DNA of 64,000 bases, taken from positions 192,001 through 256,000 of the forward strand of contig CBDDCX010000007.1 of assembly GCA_965226375.1 (NCBI GenBank), read 5' to 3'. Below the pieces are notes generated by a model. It was not told the origin of the DNA. It worked only from the letters and a program-made list of their open reading frames with translations, and did not search any database. Position numbers and translations under genes: made by a program. The stretch comes from Longimicrobiales bacterium. GTDB lineage: Bacteria; Gemmatimonadota; Gemmatimonadetes; Longimicrobiales; Gaopeijiaceae. This document shows positions 39,407 through 48,719 of this stretch, piece after piece. How positions within the stretch are numbered: position 1 is the first letter of the stretch; the number at the start of each line of letters is the position of its first letter.

Positions 39407-40054
39407 CACCCTCATTGCCTCCCCACATCCCGCAGCGCAGCCTGACGTCGCATCCGCTCGGGCGAGACTCGCATCAATCCCAAACCAGCCATCGCCCAAC
39501 CTCAGCATCACCCAATAGCTTGAGCGCATGGGCTTAGCTTCTGGCCCAGCAAAATGTACTCCAACGCTGTGTTCTTCATCATAGTAAATAGATGCTGCCA
39601 AGCGGCACACTTGTTGCTCTTAGCTACGGGTGGACTTGTCCGGGCGGGCGAGACTGACCGCGAGAATCCTGATGTTGAGTGGTGTGCTCTGCGGACCCGC
39701 CCGGACAAGCTCCACTACTTGTTGTCAGGGTGCCACAGCAAGTTGTCGCGGCCAAGCCACGAAACCTCAGCTTGCTATGCGCACCGAAAGCAACATGGGC
39801 AGACCAGCCCCCTCCAGGGCTAACAACTTATCCTCCTCGATAACTTCTTCGAGCAGTTGATGGAGCCGGTGCCCGACTAACGCCGGTGTCGGTCCTTGTG
39901 CCAACGGTCGGGCGCTCTGGCCCAAGAGACAGCCGATTGGGTCGGGGCGGTCTGGAAGAGAAGACCCCTGAGTGGACCCGGAAACATGAGGGACAAAAAA
40001 GCGCGACTGACACACACTCCGTCTGAGCAGTCTGAGATCCAAGGAGGCATGACC

Positions 40055-41074
40055 ATGAACACCAAGCGACTTCGAGAGACCGCCCAGGCGATGGTCGCCC
40101 CTGGCAAGGGCATCCTGGCGGCTGACGAAAGTGCACCCACAATAAAGAAGCGCCTTGGGAGCATCGGTGTGGAATCCACCGAGGAGGCCAGGAGGAGCTA
40201 CCGAGAGCTGCTACTCACAACCCCCGGCCTCGCAGATCACATCAGCGGCGTTATTCTCTTTGATGAGACCCTGCGGCAATGCACCACCGATGGCACTCCG
40301 TTCGTCGATGTCCTGACCGACCAGGGGCTCCTGCCGGGGATCAAGGTGGACACGGGAGCACGAGACCTCGCCGGCTTTCCGGGTGAGAAGGTCACAGAGG
40401 GTCTCGATGGACTCCGCGAACGACTTGCTGGGTACCGAGAGCTCGGGGCACGCTTCGCCAAGTGGCGTGGAGTAATCGCCATCGGAAAGGGCCTCCCCAC
40501 GGAGTATTGCGTCGGCGCCAACGCGCACGCTCTGGCTCGATACGCCGCCCTTTGCCAAGCGGAGGGAATCGTTCCCATCGTCGAGCCAGAGGTTCTCATG
40601 GATGGCGACCATGATATTCACCTGTGCGATCGGGTTACGTCGCAGGTCCTTCGAAAGACCTTTGAGCAGCTGGCAGAGCACCGTGTCTTGCTCGAGGGTG
40701 TGATTCTGAAGCCCAACATGGTCCTTCCCGGCACCAAGTCCACAACCGCGGCGACAGTCGCAGAGATCGCAGAAATTACCCTGCGGTGCCTTCTAAACAC
40801 GGTGCCGTCCGCCGTTCCGGGCATCTGCTTTCTTTCCGGTGGCCAATCTCCGAAGGAGGCAACCGTAAACCTGAATGCCATGAACACGATCGGTCGGCAT
40901 CCGTGGGAACTGAGTTTCTCGTATGGGCGCGCGTTGCAGGCACCCGTCTTGAAGGCTTGGGGGGGCAGCGCAAAGAATGCCGTCGCTGCGCAACACGCTC
41001 TTACGGTGCGAGCCCGATACAATGGGGCTGCACGCGACGGAAAGTACTCCGCGGGAATGGAGCCTAATGCGTAG
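40055..41074 (+). CDS. fba: class I fructose-bisphosphate aldolase
   Basis: GKGILAADES, GVILFDETL, FAKWR, VPIVEPE, LKPNMV (Schiff-base Lys), FLSGGQ, SFSYGRALQ; AAGGAGG RBS 7 nt before ATG 40055. Confidence 0.95.
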   Translation: MNTKRLRETAQAMVAPGKGILAADESAPTIKKRLGSIGVESTEEARRSYRELLLTTPGLADHISGVILFDETLRQCTTDGTPFVDVLTDQGLLPGIKVDTGARDLAGFPGEKVTEGLDGLRERLAGYRELGARFAKWRGVIAIGKGLPTEYCVGANAHALARYAALCQAEGIVPIVEPEVLMDGDHDIHLCDRVTSQVLRKTFEQLAEHRVLLEGVILKPNMVLPGTKSTTAATVAEIAEITLRCLLNTVPSAVPGICFLSGGQSPKEATVNLNAMNTIGRHPWELSFSYGRALQAPVLKAWGGSAKNAVAAQHALTVRARYNGAARDGKYSAGMEPNA

Positions 41075-41308
41075 CGGGATCGACATCACTATCGGCTCGA
41101 TCTTGCACCTGCCTCTGTATGCCCTCGGCTGATGAGCGGGTGTCCAATTGGTCCGCCAGATCCCTTGGCTTCGCGTCTTCGTGGAAGGCGTGGTGCTCGT
41201 CGGCAAACTGGAGAACTAGCGGCCTTCGCATCAGTCCCCTCCAACCATCTCCCAACCTCAGCATCACCCATAGATTGAGCGCATGGGATCTGGCGAAGCT
41301 CGACGGGC

Positions 41309-41760
41309 TCACCTCCCGAAGGAGAAGTCGACCGAGGTCTGCTGATCTTCACGCACCGTGACACGCTGCGTCCGAATCCCCAGGGTCGCATGCCATGCCT
41401 CCACCAGGTATGCGCCGGGAGAAAGACTGTCCAGGCTGAAGCGGCCATCTTCGGTGGTGACCGCGAAGAAAGGATGATCCAGCACCAGAATCATGGCGGT
41501 CATCCAGCCGTGGATATCGCACTCCACGGGCACTAGGCCTGCGGCCTCCTCGAAGACCTTTCGGCTCTCGAGGCCCCGCAGCGGCTGGCCGATGTTGAAG
41601 CCGCGACCGGCGGCGGGTGACACGTGCACGTTGTGGAGCGTGGCGTCACTGTTCCGGATGACCAACGTCTGCCCCGCCTGTACGGCGAGGACTCTCGGGC
41701 CGTACATGCAGCCTTCCTGGTCCAGGACGATCTCTTCGATGGGCGGGGCGGACGCTTGCC
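41309..41760 (-). pseudogene. 5'-truncated cupredoxin-like / carboxypeptidase-regulatory-like domain protein
   Basis: LDQEGCMYGPRV, NSDATLHNVH, CDIHGWM, HPFFAVT..GRF..PGAY..AWH; no credible start or signal peptide. Confidence 0.7.
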
Positions 41761-41859
41761 CACCTCCGCGGGCTCGCGATGCTCTCGACTCCGGTGGTTT
41801 GGGATGCCAACTTCGGCGGAGCGACCTGAGTTCGAGTCCCCTTCGGAGGCGGCAGTCGA

Positions 41860-42908
41860 TGCGCGAAGAGTCTAGCGAGAAGGTGCAGTCATCAGAGAGA
41901 GACGTCGCGTCAGAGAGAGACGTCCCGTCGCCTGACGCCGAAGGTCCTGTGGACGACGTCACCGAGCGCGGACTGGATCGCCGCGAGGCACTCAAGTTGG
42001 GAGCCGCCGGGCTCGGCCTTGCTGTGGTCGGAACCTCGGCCGGTTGCACGATCGAGTCCCACGCCCGAGGGTCCGGTTCTGTGCAGGATCTGGGCCCGGC
42101 ACCCACGGATCTCTTGTCCGCTCCTCCGATCGACCAGGTTCGCATCGGATACGTCGGTGTGGGCCTCCAAGGGAGCGCCCACGTCCGCAATCTGCTCAAG
42201 ATCGAGGGCTGCATTATCCAGGCGGTCTGCGACGTCGTCCCCGAAAAAGTCGAGCGAGTTCAGGATTGGGTAGTGGAGGCCGGCTTCCCTCGCCCGACCG
42301 GATACACAAGGGGCGAACGAGACTTCGAGCGCCTCTGCCAAGAAGAGGATCTGGACCTGGTGTACAACGCCACCCCCTGGGAGTGGCACGTTCCGATCTG
42401 CACGTCCGCCATGGAGAACGGAAAACACACGGCGACCGAAGTTCCGGCGGCCTACACGCTGGAGGACTGCTGGAAGCTCGTGGAGTACGCGGAAAAATTC
42501 GAAAAACACTGCTCCCTGATGGAAAACGTCAACTACGGGCGCATGGAGATGCTCGCCTTCAATCTCGTCCGCCAGGGACTGCTAGGAGAGATCCTGCACG
42601 CAGAGGGTGGATATCTGCATGATCTGCGAGCGATCAAGTTCGAGGACAAGGACGAGGGTCTGTGGCGCCGCGCCCACGCCATACAGCGGAACGGGAATCT
42701 CTACCCGACGCACGGGCTGGGGCCCATCGCCAACTGCATGGACATCAACCGTGGCGACCGATTCGCCACGCTGGTCTCCATGAGCAGTCCTTCCAGGGGT
42801 CTCCAGGACTGGGCCGAGGCCAACTATCCGGCGGTCGCGATAGTCGGGATGCCACGTCGCTGGGATTCCATTGAGATGCCCGGGGCGTTCGGCGTGCTTG
42901 AAAGATAA
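41860..42908 (+). pseudogene. Tat-exported Gfo/Idh/MocA (GH109-like) glycosidase, 3'-truncated
   Basis: DRREALK Tat motif, ATPWEWHVP, EVPAA, MENVNYG, GGYLHDLR, NLYPTHGLGP, INRGDRF; the family pattern stops near 42830. Confidence 0.8.
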
Positions 42909-43110
42909 GAGGCGGTTTTTCGAAGCTCTGACTGGCTTCTGGACGGACTTCAGAGGGGTCGGTGCATGTCTGAAGTGTCCCCGAGTCGTCGTCATCAGGC
43001 ACACTGTGAGGCAAGGGCCGTCAGACTCGTCCTACATGTCAGTCCCGGACCCCCACCATCGTGAGACTCAGAATCTGTCCATGTCTGGATGGGCCTATGT
43101 CTGAATAGGC

Positions 43111-44913
43111 CTACGTCATGAAGCCCACTCGCGGTAGCAGCTTGAAGACTCCCCAGCCGGACAACACCGCGACGATCATCCCGAAGGCGCCGGACGCCAG
43201 CTCTCCGTACAGCAGGAAGCCCGTTCCGAACAGCGCGCCGTACACCATGGTGCATCCCAAGAACCAGGAGAGCAGTCCGGCGGCGAGCTCCCCACCGCCC
43301 TGCGCATCGGTCCCCTCCACATCGGTGCCCTCCGAGGCCTTCAAATCGCCTATCACCGCATCCCACCCCCGGCCGAGGGGGCGGATGTCCCGGTAGAACG
43401 CCTGGAGCGTCTCCGTGTCCACCGGCGGCGTCATGAACGTCACGGCCAACCAGCTCACAGTGGTGATCGCAACACCCACCACCAGCGTGCTGGAAGGATC
43501 CCATGCCTCGAAGCCTAGGCGAGTGTGGAAGAAGGCGAAGTAGATGGCGACCAGGAACGAGATCACCATGGCGGAAATCTCACTCCAGGTGTTGACCCGC
43601 CACCAAAACCAGCGCAGGAGGAACACCAGACCAGTGCCCGCCCCGATCTGTAGCAGGATCTGGAACGCCTGCATGGCATTCTCGAGCTGTAGCGCTACGA
43701 TCGACGCGAGGATGATCAGCCCGACGGTTGAGAGGCGCGCCACCCGGACGTAGTCCTTCTCTTCCCGGTCCGGGGCCACGAAACGGCGGTAGACGTCGTC
43801 CACGATGTACGACGATCCCCAGTTCAGATGTGTGCTGATGGTCGACATGTATGCCGCGGCAAGCGATGCCACCACCAGGCCCAGAAGACCGTGAGGCAGA
43901 AAAACCAACATGGCGGGATAGGCCAGGTCGTGGCGGATGACGGATGGATCCACGTTGGGGAATGCGACCTGTAGGTCGGCGAGTGTCGGATAGACGATCA
44001 GCGAAGCAAGGGCCACCAGGATCCAGGGCCACGGACGCAGCGCGTAGTGCGCCAGATTGAACCAGAGCGTGGCCTGCATGGCGTGTTTCTCATCCTTGGC
44101 GGCTAGCATGCGTTGGGCGGCATAACCTCCACCGCCGGGCTCGGCGCCGGGGTACCAGGTACTCCACCACTGCACGGCGATGGGCACGATGAAGACGGCC
44201 GCCGCGGTGGACGGATCGGAGAAGTCCGGAAGGAAGGACAGCTTGCCCGAGACGGCCGGGTTGGAAATGAGGCCCGAGAGCCCCCCCACCTCGGGAAGTC
44301 GCAGCGCGTAGACGGCTGCGGCGACAGCACCGATCATCGAGATGGCGAACAGGAGCAGGTCCGTGACCAGGACGCCCCGCAGCCCCGAGGTGGCTGCGTA
44401 GAGGACCGTCGCGGTTCCGGCGATCAGCACCACCGTGTACTTGTCCGCCCCGAGGAGCACGCCACCGATCTTGATGGCCGCCAGGGTCACGGTAGCCATG
44501 ATCATGACGTTGAAGAACACCCCCAGATAGATGGCCCTGAACCCTCTGAGGAACGCGGCTGAGCGTCCGGAATAGCGGAGCTCGTAAAATCCGATGTCGG
44601 TAAGGACGCCGGACCGCCGCCACAGCTTGGCGTAGAAGAAGACCGTGCACATGCCGGTGATCAGGAAGGCCCACCAGATCCAGTTCTGGCTGACCCCCCC
44701 GGTACGCACGAGGTCTGTGACCAGATTGGGTGTGTCCGTCGAAAACGTCGTGGCCACCATGGAGGTCCCCAGAAGCCACCACGGCATGGACCGGCCCGCG
44801 AGGAAGTACTCTTCGGTGCCGCGCCCGGCCCGCCGGGCGAACGCCAGTCCCACGGAGAGGGCCGTCAAGCCGTATAGGCCCAGGACCCACCAGTCCAGTG
44901 TCGAAAGCTGCAT
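43111..44913 (-). CDS. sodium:solute symporter family protein
   Basis: EYFLAGRSMPWW, SMVATTFSTDTP, AQRMLAAKDE, AAYMSTISTHLNWG; many TMs. Confidence 0.92.
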   Translation of the reverse strand: MQLSTLDWWVLGLYGLTALSVGLAFARRAGRGTEEYFLAGRSMPWWLLGTSMVATTFSTDTPNLVTDLVRTGGVSQNWIWWAFLITGMCTVFFYAKLWRRSGVLTDIGFYELRYSGRSAAFLRGFRAIYLGVFFNVMIMATVTLAAIKIGGVLLGADKYTVVLIAGTATVLYAATSGLRGVLVTDLLLFAISMIGAVAAAVYALRLPEVGGLSGLISNPAVSGKLSFLPDFSDPSTAAAVFIVPIAVQWWSTWYPGAEPGGGGYAAQRMLAAKDEKHAMQATLWFNLAHYALRPWPWILVALASLIVYPTLADLQVAFPNVDPSVIRHDLAYPAMLVFLPHGLLGLVVASLAAAYMSTISTHLNWGSSYIVDDVYRRFVAPDREEKDYVRVARLSTVGLIILASIVALQLENAMQAFQILLQIGAGTGLVFLLRWFWWRVNTWSEISAMVISFLVAIYFAFFHTRLGFEAWDPSSTLVVGVAITTVSWLAVTFMTPPVDTETLQAFYRDIRPLGRGWDAVIGDLKASEGTDVEGTDAQGGGELAAGLLSWFLGCTMVYGALFGTGFLLYGELASGAFGMIVAVLSGWGVFKLLPRVGFMT

Positions 44914-45956
44914 CAGGGCTCCGTTCCCGAAGATTCGTTCTGGTTCGTCAACGCTCGGAACGCGCTCCGAAGATTCGCCGGATAGCGGCCCTCGGCAACG
45001 AGCGCCTCTATCCGCGACCCAACTTCCGATCGATCGTCCGGGAAGGTCACGCCGAAGCTCGGCACACCCGACTCCATGGCTCTCACCCGGGCATCACCGG
45101 TGGCGATGAGCCCGTTCAGCGCATCACTCAAGTAGAATTCAGGGGGGCCTTGGTCGGCCGGCTGTGCGAGAAGGGCGCGGAAGCTGCCCTCGAGAAGAGG
45201 GAAGATGTCGGGTGTGAATCCCCAGAGCCCCATGGAGGCCGGTTCGTCTCCGGAAAAAGCGAGCGATGTGCCGTCAGGAGTCTCGCCGACGATCCCGGAA
45301 GACGTCCGGTGGACTCGGAGCACTTCACGGATTTCCTGGACGTGCCCGCGGGAGTCTGCCTGGAGGATGGCCCTGGAGACCTGCGCCCCCGCTGACAGCG
45401 TATCCGTGAGACGATAGGTGACGGCCAGACACTCCCGTTCGCCACTCGCGCCCCGTGTGCCCAGTACGTTCCCCGAGCCAAGTCCGTTCAAGTACCGTGG
45501 AAGCACCTCCAGGGGGGCTCGCCCGTAGAAGTCGTCGGCATTCACGACGGCGAAGGGAACGTGGACGACGTCCCGAGCGCTCCACACGGCGTGGCCAGTC
45601 CCCCAGGGTTTGGTTCGGCTCGGGGGAAGTGCCACACCAGTAGGGAGGTCGTCCAGGCGCTGGCGAACAAAGCGACACGGCCACGAACCGGCAGTTAGTT
45701 CTTCGATGTGCCGTGACACGGCGTCTTCGATCTCACGACGCACCACCAAGACCGCGCCGCCATATCCGGACCGGGCGGCGTCGAAGAGGGTGTAGTCGAG
45801 GAGCGCTTCTCCCTGCGGGCCGACGGCGGCAAGTGGCTTCACCGCGCCATACCGAGTCGACATGCCCGCGGCTAACACGACGAGGGTAGGGGAGTGAGTC
45901 GGAGAGGGGTCGGGGTCTGGAGGCCCCACGTGCGGCGAGATCGAGGCGGGGCTCAC
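44913..45956 (-). CDS. sugar-phosphate nucleotidyltransferase family protein
   Basis: LVVLAAGMSTRYG..K, KPWGTGHAV, NADDFYG, SMGLWGF, EFYL, GVTF..D. Confidence 0.88.
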   Translation of the reverse strand: MSPASISPHVGPPDPDPSPTHSPTLVVLAAGMSTRYGAVKPLAAVGPQGEALLDYTLFDAARSGYGGAVLVVRREIEDAVSRHIEELTAGSWPCRFVRQRLDDLPTGVALPPSRTKPWGTGHAVWSARDVVHVPFAVVNADDFYGRAPLEVLPRYLNGLGSGNVLGTRGASGERECLAVTYRLTDTLSAGAQVSRAILQADSRGHVQEIREVLRVHRTSSGIVGETPDGTSLAFSGDEPASMGLWGFTPDIFPLLEGSFRALLAQPADQGPPEFYLSDALNGLIATGDARVRAMESGVPSFGVTFPDDRSEVGSRIEALVAEGRYPANLRSAFRALTNQNESSGTEP

Positions 45957-46034
45957 GCTTGGGGTCGGAGTGGGGTGGGTCTGAATGAGATCATGGATAG
46001 TCGTGGGAGACTACCCGCTGCTATGTCCGGGTGC

Positions 46035-46070
46035 AAAAAAAACTCGGCAGGGGGGCGAATCCCTGCCGAG
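46035..46070 (-). terminator. Rho-independent terminator
   Basis: Perfect 10-bp stem CTCGGCAGGG/CCCTGCCGAG, 8-nt loop, U8 tail on the minus strand. Confidence 0.9.
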
Positions 46071-46205
46071 CTTTATACGGCGTCGAGCATCATCACGTCA
46101 TCCACACATCACCCACCCGGGCTCTTCCGCCGTCCCCACATCATCATCATCATCGTCACAGTTCACCGTTTTTTTCGCCGGACTTCGTCTCCTCCGTCCG
46201 ACGTC
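46035..46205 (-). ncRNA. candidate sigma54-dependent small RNA or leader RNA
   Basis: Bounded by a -24/-12-like box and a strong terminator; purine-rich with 9 GATG and 7 GGA motifs; no long ORF on this strand. Confidence 0.5.
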
Positions 46206-46214
46206 CATCTCTAT

Positions 46215-46345
46215 GACAAGGTCCGTGCCAGAATCGAAACTTGTCTCTAACCGACTTACTAATAACGAGTTACATCGATTCGACGTGAAAGTGCGGAGGC
46301 ACCGGAGGTGTTCGAATACGGGACAGGTGTCCCGAAAGCTGGACG
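46215..46345 (-). promoter_or_regulatory. sigma54-type promoter with IHF-like site and tandem UAS-like palindromes
   Basis: TGGCACG-GACC-TTGT at 46230-46216; TAATAACGAGTTA at 46260-46272; TGTTCG-N5-GGGACA 46309-46325 and TGTCCC-N6-TGGACG 46328-46345. Confidence 0.55.
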
Positions 46346-46602
46346 GGAGTGGGGTGGGAAGCGAGAGATGCTACACGGCCAGGGCACACCTCACGATCCT
46401 CGTTGGTTGGGTCAGCATGCCGACCTCCGTGCCTACTCCACAGTTGGTGCACTCTTACGTTCTGGGGGGTTCGGGAGGCCCACAAGTCGGGGATCGCCAA
46501 TGTGCGTGCAGGGGGGCTCACCACAGTGTCGGCGGTTGGGCTCGCTCGGACGTTCAAGGGAGACCTTGGGGCAGATCGCCCACGCGTATAGAATAGGAGC
46601 CG

Positions 46603-46686
46603 GCCGGGATGGTGGAATTGGTAGACGCACCGGACTCAAAATCCGGCGGGCTTCGGCCCTTGGGGGTTCGAGTCCCCCTCCCGGCA
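46603..46686 (+). tRNA. tRNA-Leu(CAA)
   Basis: Acceptor GCCGGGA/TCCCGGC, anticodon arm CCGGA-CTCAAAA-TCCGG, long variable arm, GTTCGAG T-loop. CCA is not encoded. A -10 TAGAAT lies at 46589. Confidence 0.97.
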
Positions 46687-46746
46687 CTTAAGGTTTGAGC
46701 GGTTTTCCACATCGGAGGTCCCCGGTCTGGACATACCGATGGACAT

Positions 46747-46785
46747 ATAAGAAGGCCCCGACTCCCTGGTGGAGGTCGGGGCCTT
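46747..46785 (-). terminator. terminator downstream of integrase
   Basis: 11-bp stem AAGGCCCCGAC/GTCGGGGCCTT (46752-46785) followed by a short U-rich tail on the minus strand. Confidence 0.7.
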
Positions 46786-46804
46786 GCTCCGTTGATGGGT
46801 CGGG

Positions 46805-47980
46805 CTAGGCCAGTTCCTTCAGTTCCACCCGTTCGTCGGGCTCGTTCTCCACCAGGTGCAACAGGTGGCTCTTCATGAAGGTGTAGTACGACATCGTCGT
46901 CTGAATATCAGCGTGGCCCATGGCGCGCTGAACGATCGCCGGAGACTTACCCGCTTCGAGCCAGTTCGTGACCCGGCGGTGGCGTAGATCGTGGGGTACG
47001 AAGTTCTCGGGTAGCTTTGCCCGATGGCATGCGTTGCTCATCGCCGCGCGGAACGCCTTCGGGCGGGTGCCAGCCTCCGCGTTCTTCTTCCTCCGTTCGT
47101 GGTGGAAGACCCAGGGGGTACGTCCGATGCCCGGATACGTCGCGAAGCGGTAGCGGCTCGCGTGCTCAGTCAGGGCACGACGGAGTCGTCGCGTTATCGG
47201 TACCCATCGGGACTTCCCCGACTTCGTTCGGTGGTCGTGGCGACCCGATACGATCTCGATGGCTCCATGGGAGCCGAACTCCCAATCGATGTCACCCCAC
47301 TGAAGCCATAGGCCCTCGCTCTTCGAGCGCATCCCCGTTTCGGCGAGGACGGTCACGTAGGTCTTGAGCATCGGGTTCGCCTCGCACTCGGCCAGCAGGC
47401 GATCGAGTTCATCGTCGTTCAGGATCACGGGTTGCCGCTTGTCGTACTTTGGGGGCTTCGTGGCGCGCACCGGGTTGGCGTCCAGCAGACACCACTCCAC
47501 AGCCTTCTCGAAGACTAGGCCGAGTATGGCACGGTCCTTCTCTATCGTCCTCCCGCTGAGCGGTTGCGAGAGGCGTTCACCGCTGGGTCCATGCGTTCGG
47601 CGCCAAGCCATATAGCTGGCCACGTCACCTCGATCGAGGTCGTGGAGCTTGGGATCGCGCAGTTTGACTACGAAGAAGTGGGCGAGGGGTTTGAGCGAGT
47701 GCGGATAGCTCTCCGCAGAATTCGGGGCGAGCCCGGGCAACACATCGCTCTCGAAGCGTGTGATGAGTTCCGACATGGTCGTTACCCCCGGGAGCCCGCG
47801 CTTAACCCGTCCGTGGAGTTTCTTGAGCCTCTCGTGCTCCTTCTTCGCAAACGTCTCGACCTCGGATCTCTTCACGTCAGAGAAGTTGTAGGTCTCATAT
47901 TTGCCACCGATGCAGAGGCGCAGCCGGTACGAGCGGCCTCGCTTGTCGATTGATCCGGGGTGCGTCTTTCTGCGTGCCAT
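46805..47980 (-). CDS. tyrosine recombinase/integrase
   Basis: TGMR, K, HDLRH, MGH, TTMSYY catalytic set; N-terminal arm-binding-like GSIDKRGRSYRLR. Confidence 0.95.
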   Translation of the reverse strand: MARRKTHPGSIDKRGRSYRLRLCIGGKYETYNFSDVKRSEVETFAKKEHERLKKLHGRVKRGLPGVTTMSELITRFESDVLPGLAPNSAESYPHSLKPLAHFFVVKLRDPKLHDLDRGDVASYMAWRRTHGPSGERLSQPLSGRTIEKDRAILGLVFEKAVEWCLLDANPVRATKPPKYDKRQPVILNDDELDRLLAECEANPMLKTYVTVLAETGMRSKSEGLWLQWGDIDWEFGSHGAIEIVSGRHDHRTKSGKSRWVPITRRLRRALTEHASRYRFATYPGIGRTPWVFHHERRKKNAEAGTRPKAFRAAMSNACHRAKLPENFVPHDLRHRRVTNWLEAGKSPAIVQRAMGHADIQTTMSYYTFMKSHLLHLVENEPDERVELKELA

Positions 47981-47983
47981 TCG

Positions 47984-48649
47984 TCAGTCCTCCTTGGGTG
48001 CTTCCGTGTCTTCGGCCAGTTGTTTGCGCAGGGCGACTTTCAGGCCCTGGCACGATAGAACGACGAAGTCGTTTAGTTCGGGGTTGGGAATACGGGCTGG
48101 GGCCACTCCAAGCACCTTCAGTGATGCGTTCAGCGCCTTCCCGGCTGCGACGGAGTCTTTCAGCCAAGTGCCTTCGAGCTTCGTGGCCTCGGGAGCAGCA
48201 CTCCGTACTTGATGGCTTCTAATGGCCCTCGTGAGGTCCCTTGCGGCTTCCTTGGCGAAAAGGGATAGGCGGGTGTACTCGGGGAACCCTCGTCTGACAG
48301 CCTTGGACTCAGCGTCCTGAAGGGTCTTCAGCTGGGACCTCGTCTGAAGACCGGTCACTGCCGGGCTCGCATCCGTCGGGTCGTCAACCTCTCCCATCAA
48401 CCATTCATAGGGTACACCAAGCACGCTGGCCGCAGCGCGCATGACGGTGGGTCTGGGGTGCGGGGGCGCGCCCTCGCTCATATAAGACCGAAGGCCAGAA
48501 ACGCTCGTGCCCCGACGATCCTCACCTGGTTGAAGAGCCTTCGTAACCCTTTCTGCGAACGTCTCGTAGCTCCACGCTCGGCTCTTCATCTCGCTCTTCA
48601 GACGTTCAGCGTAGATCCGCACTTTTCTGCTCCGTTCGTCGCGAAACAC
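47984..48649 (-). CDS. XRE-like HTH repressor of the element
   Basis: AERLKSEM..WSYETFAERV..SGLRSY..AASVLGVPYEWLMGE; directly upstream of the integrase. Confidence 0.6.
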   Translation of the reverse strand: MFRDERSRKVRIYAERLKSEMKSRAWSYETFAERVTKALQPGEDRRGTSVSGLRSYMSEGAPPHPRPTVMRAAASVLGVPYEWLMGEVDDPTDASPAVTGLQTRSQLKTLQDAESKAVRRGFPEYTRLSLFAKEAARDLTRAIRSHQVRSAAPEATKLEGTWLKDSVAAGKALNASLKVLGVAPARIPNPELNDFVVLSCQGLKVALRKQLAEDTEAPKED

Positions 48650-48719
48650 CCGCAGAAAGAACAGCTGGCTGTTGTTGGGGGTGAACCGTACACTTTAGTG
48701 TGGAGATCATCACTTTTCT

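Larger units (their letters stand above)
38694..41287 (+). repeat. two pairs of degenerate direct repeats flanking fba
   Basis: 38694-38764 resembles 41134-41204; 39469-39532 resembles 41226-41287 (core CCCAACCTCAGCATCACCCA..TTGAGCGCATGGG). Confidence 0.85.

Noticed and set aside
39630..39715. Hairpin as an integron attC site
   Set aside because: No RYYYAAC/GTTRRRY ends, it does not follow a cassette ORF, and no IntI is present.
41892..41924. 18-bp-period duplication (SERDVA/SERDVP)
   Set aside because: In-frame slippage in a low-complexity N-terminal extension, with no sign of function.
46031..46216. His-rich 61-aa ORF on the + strand
   Set aside because: It is the antisense reading of the GAT repeats, starts across the terminator, and has no RBS.
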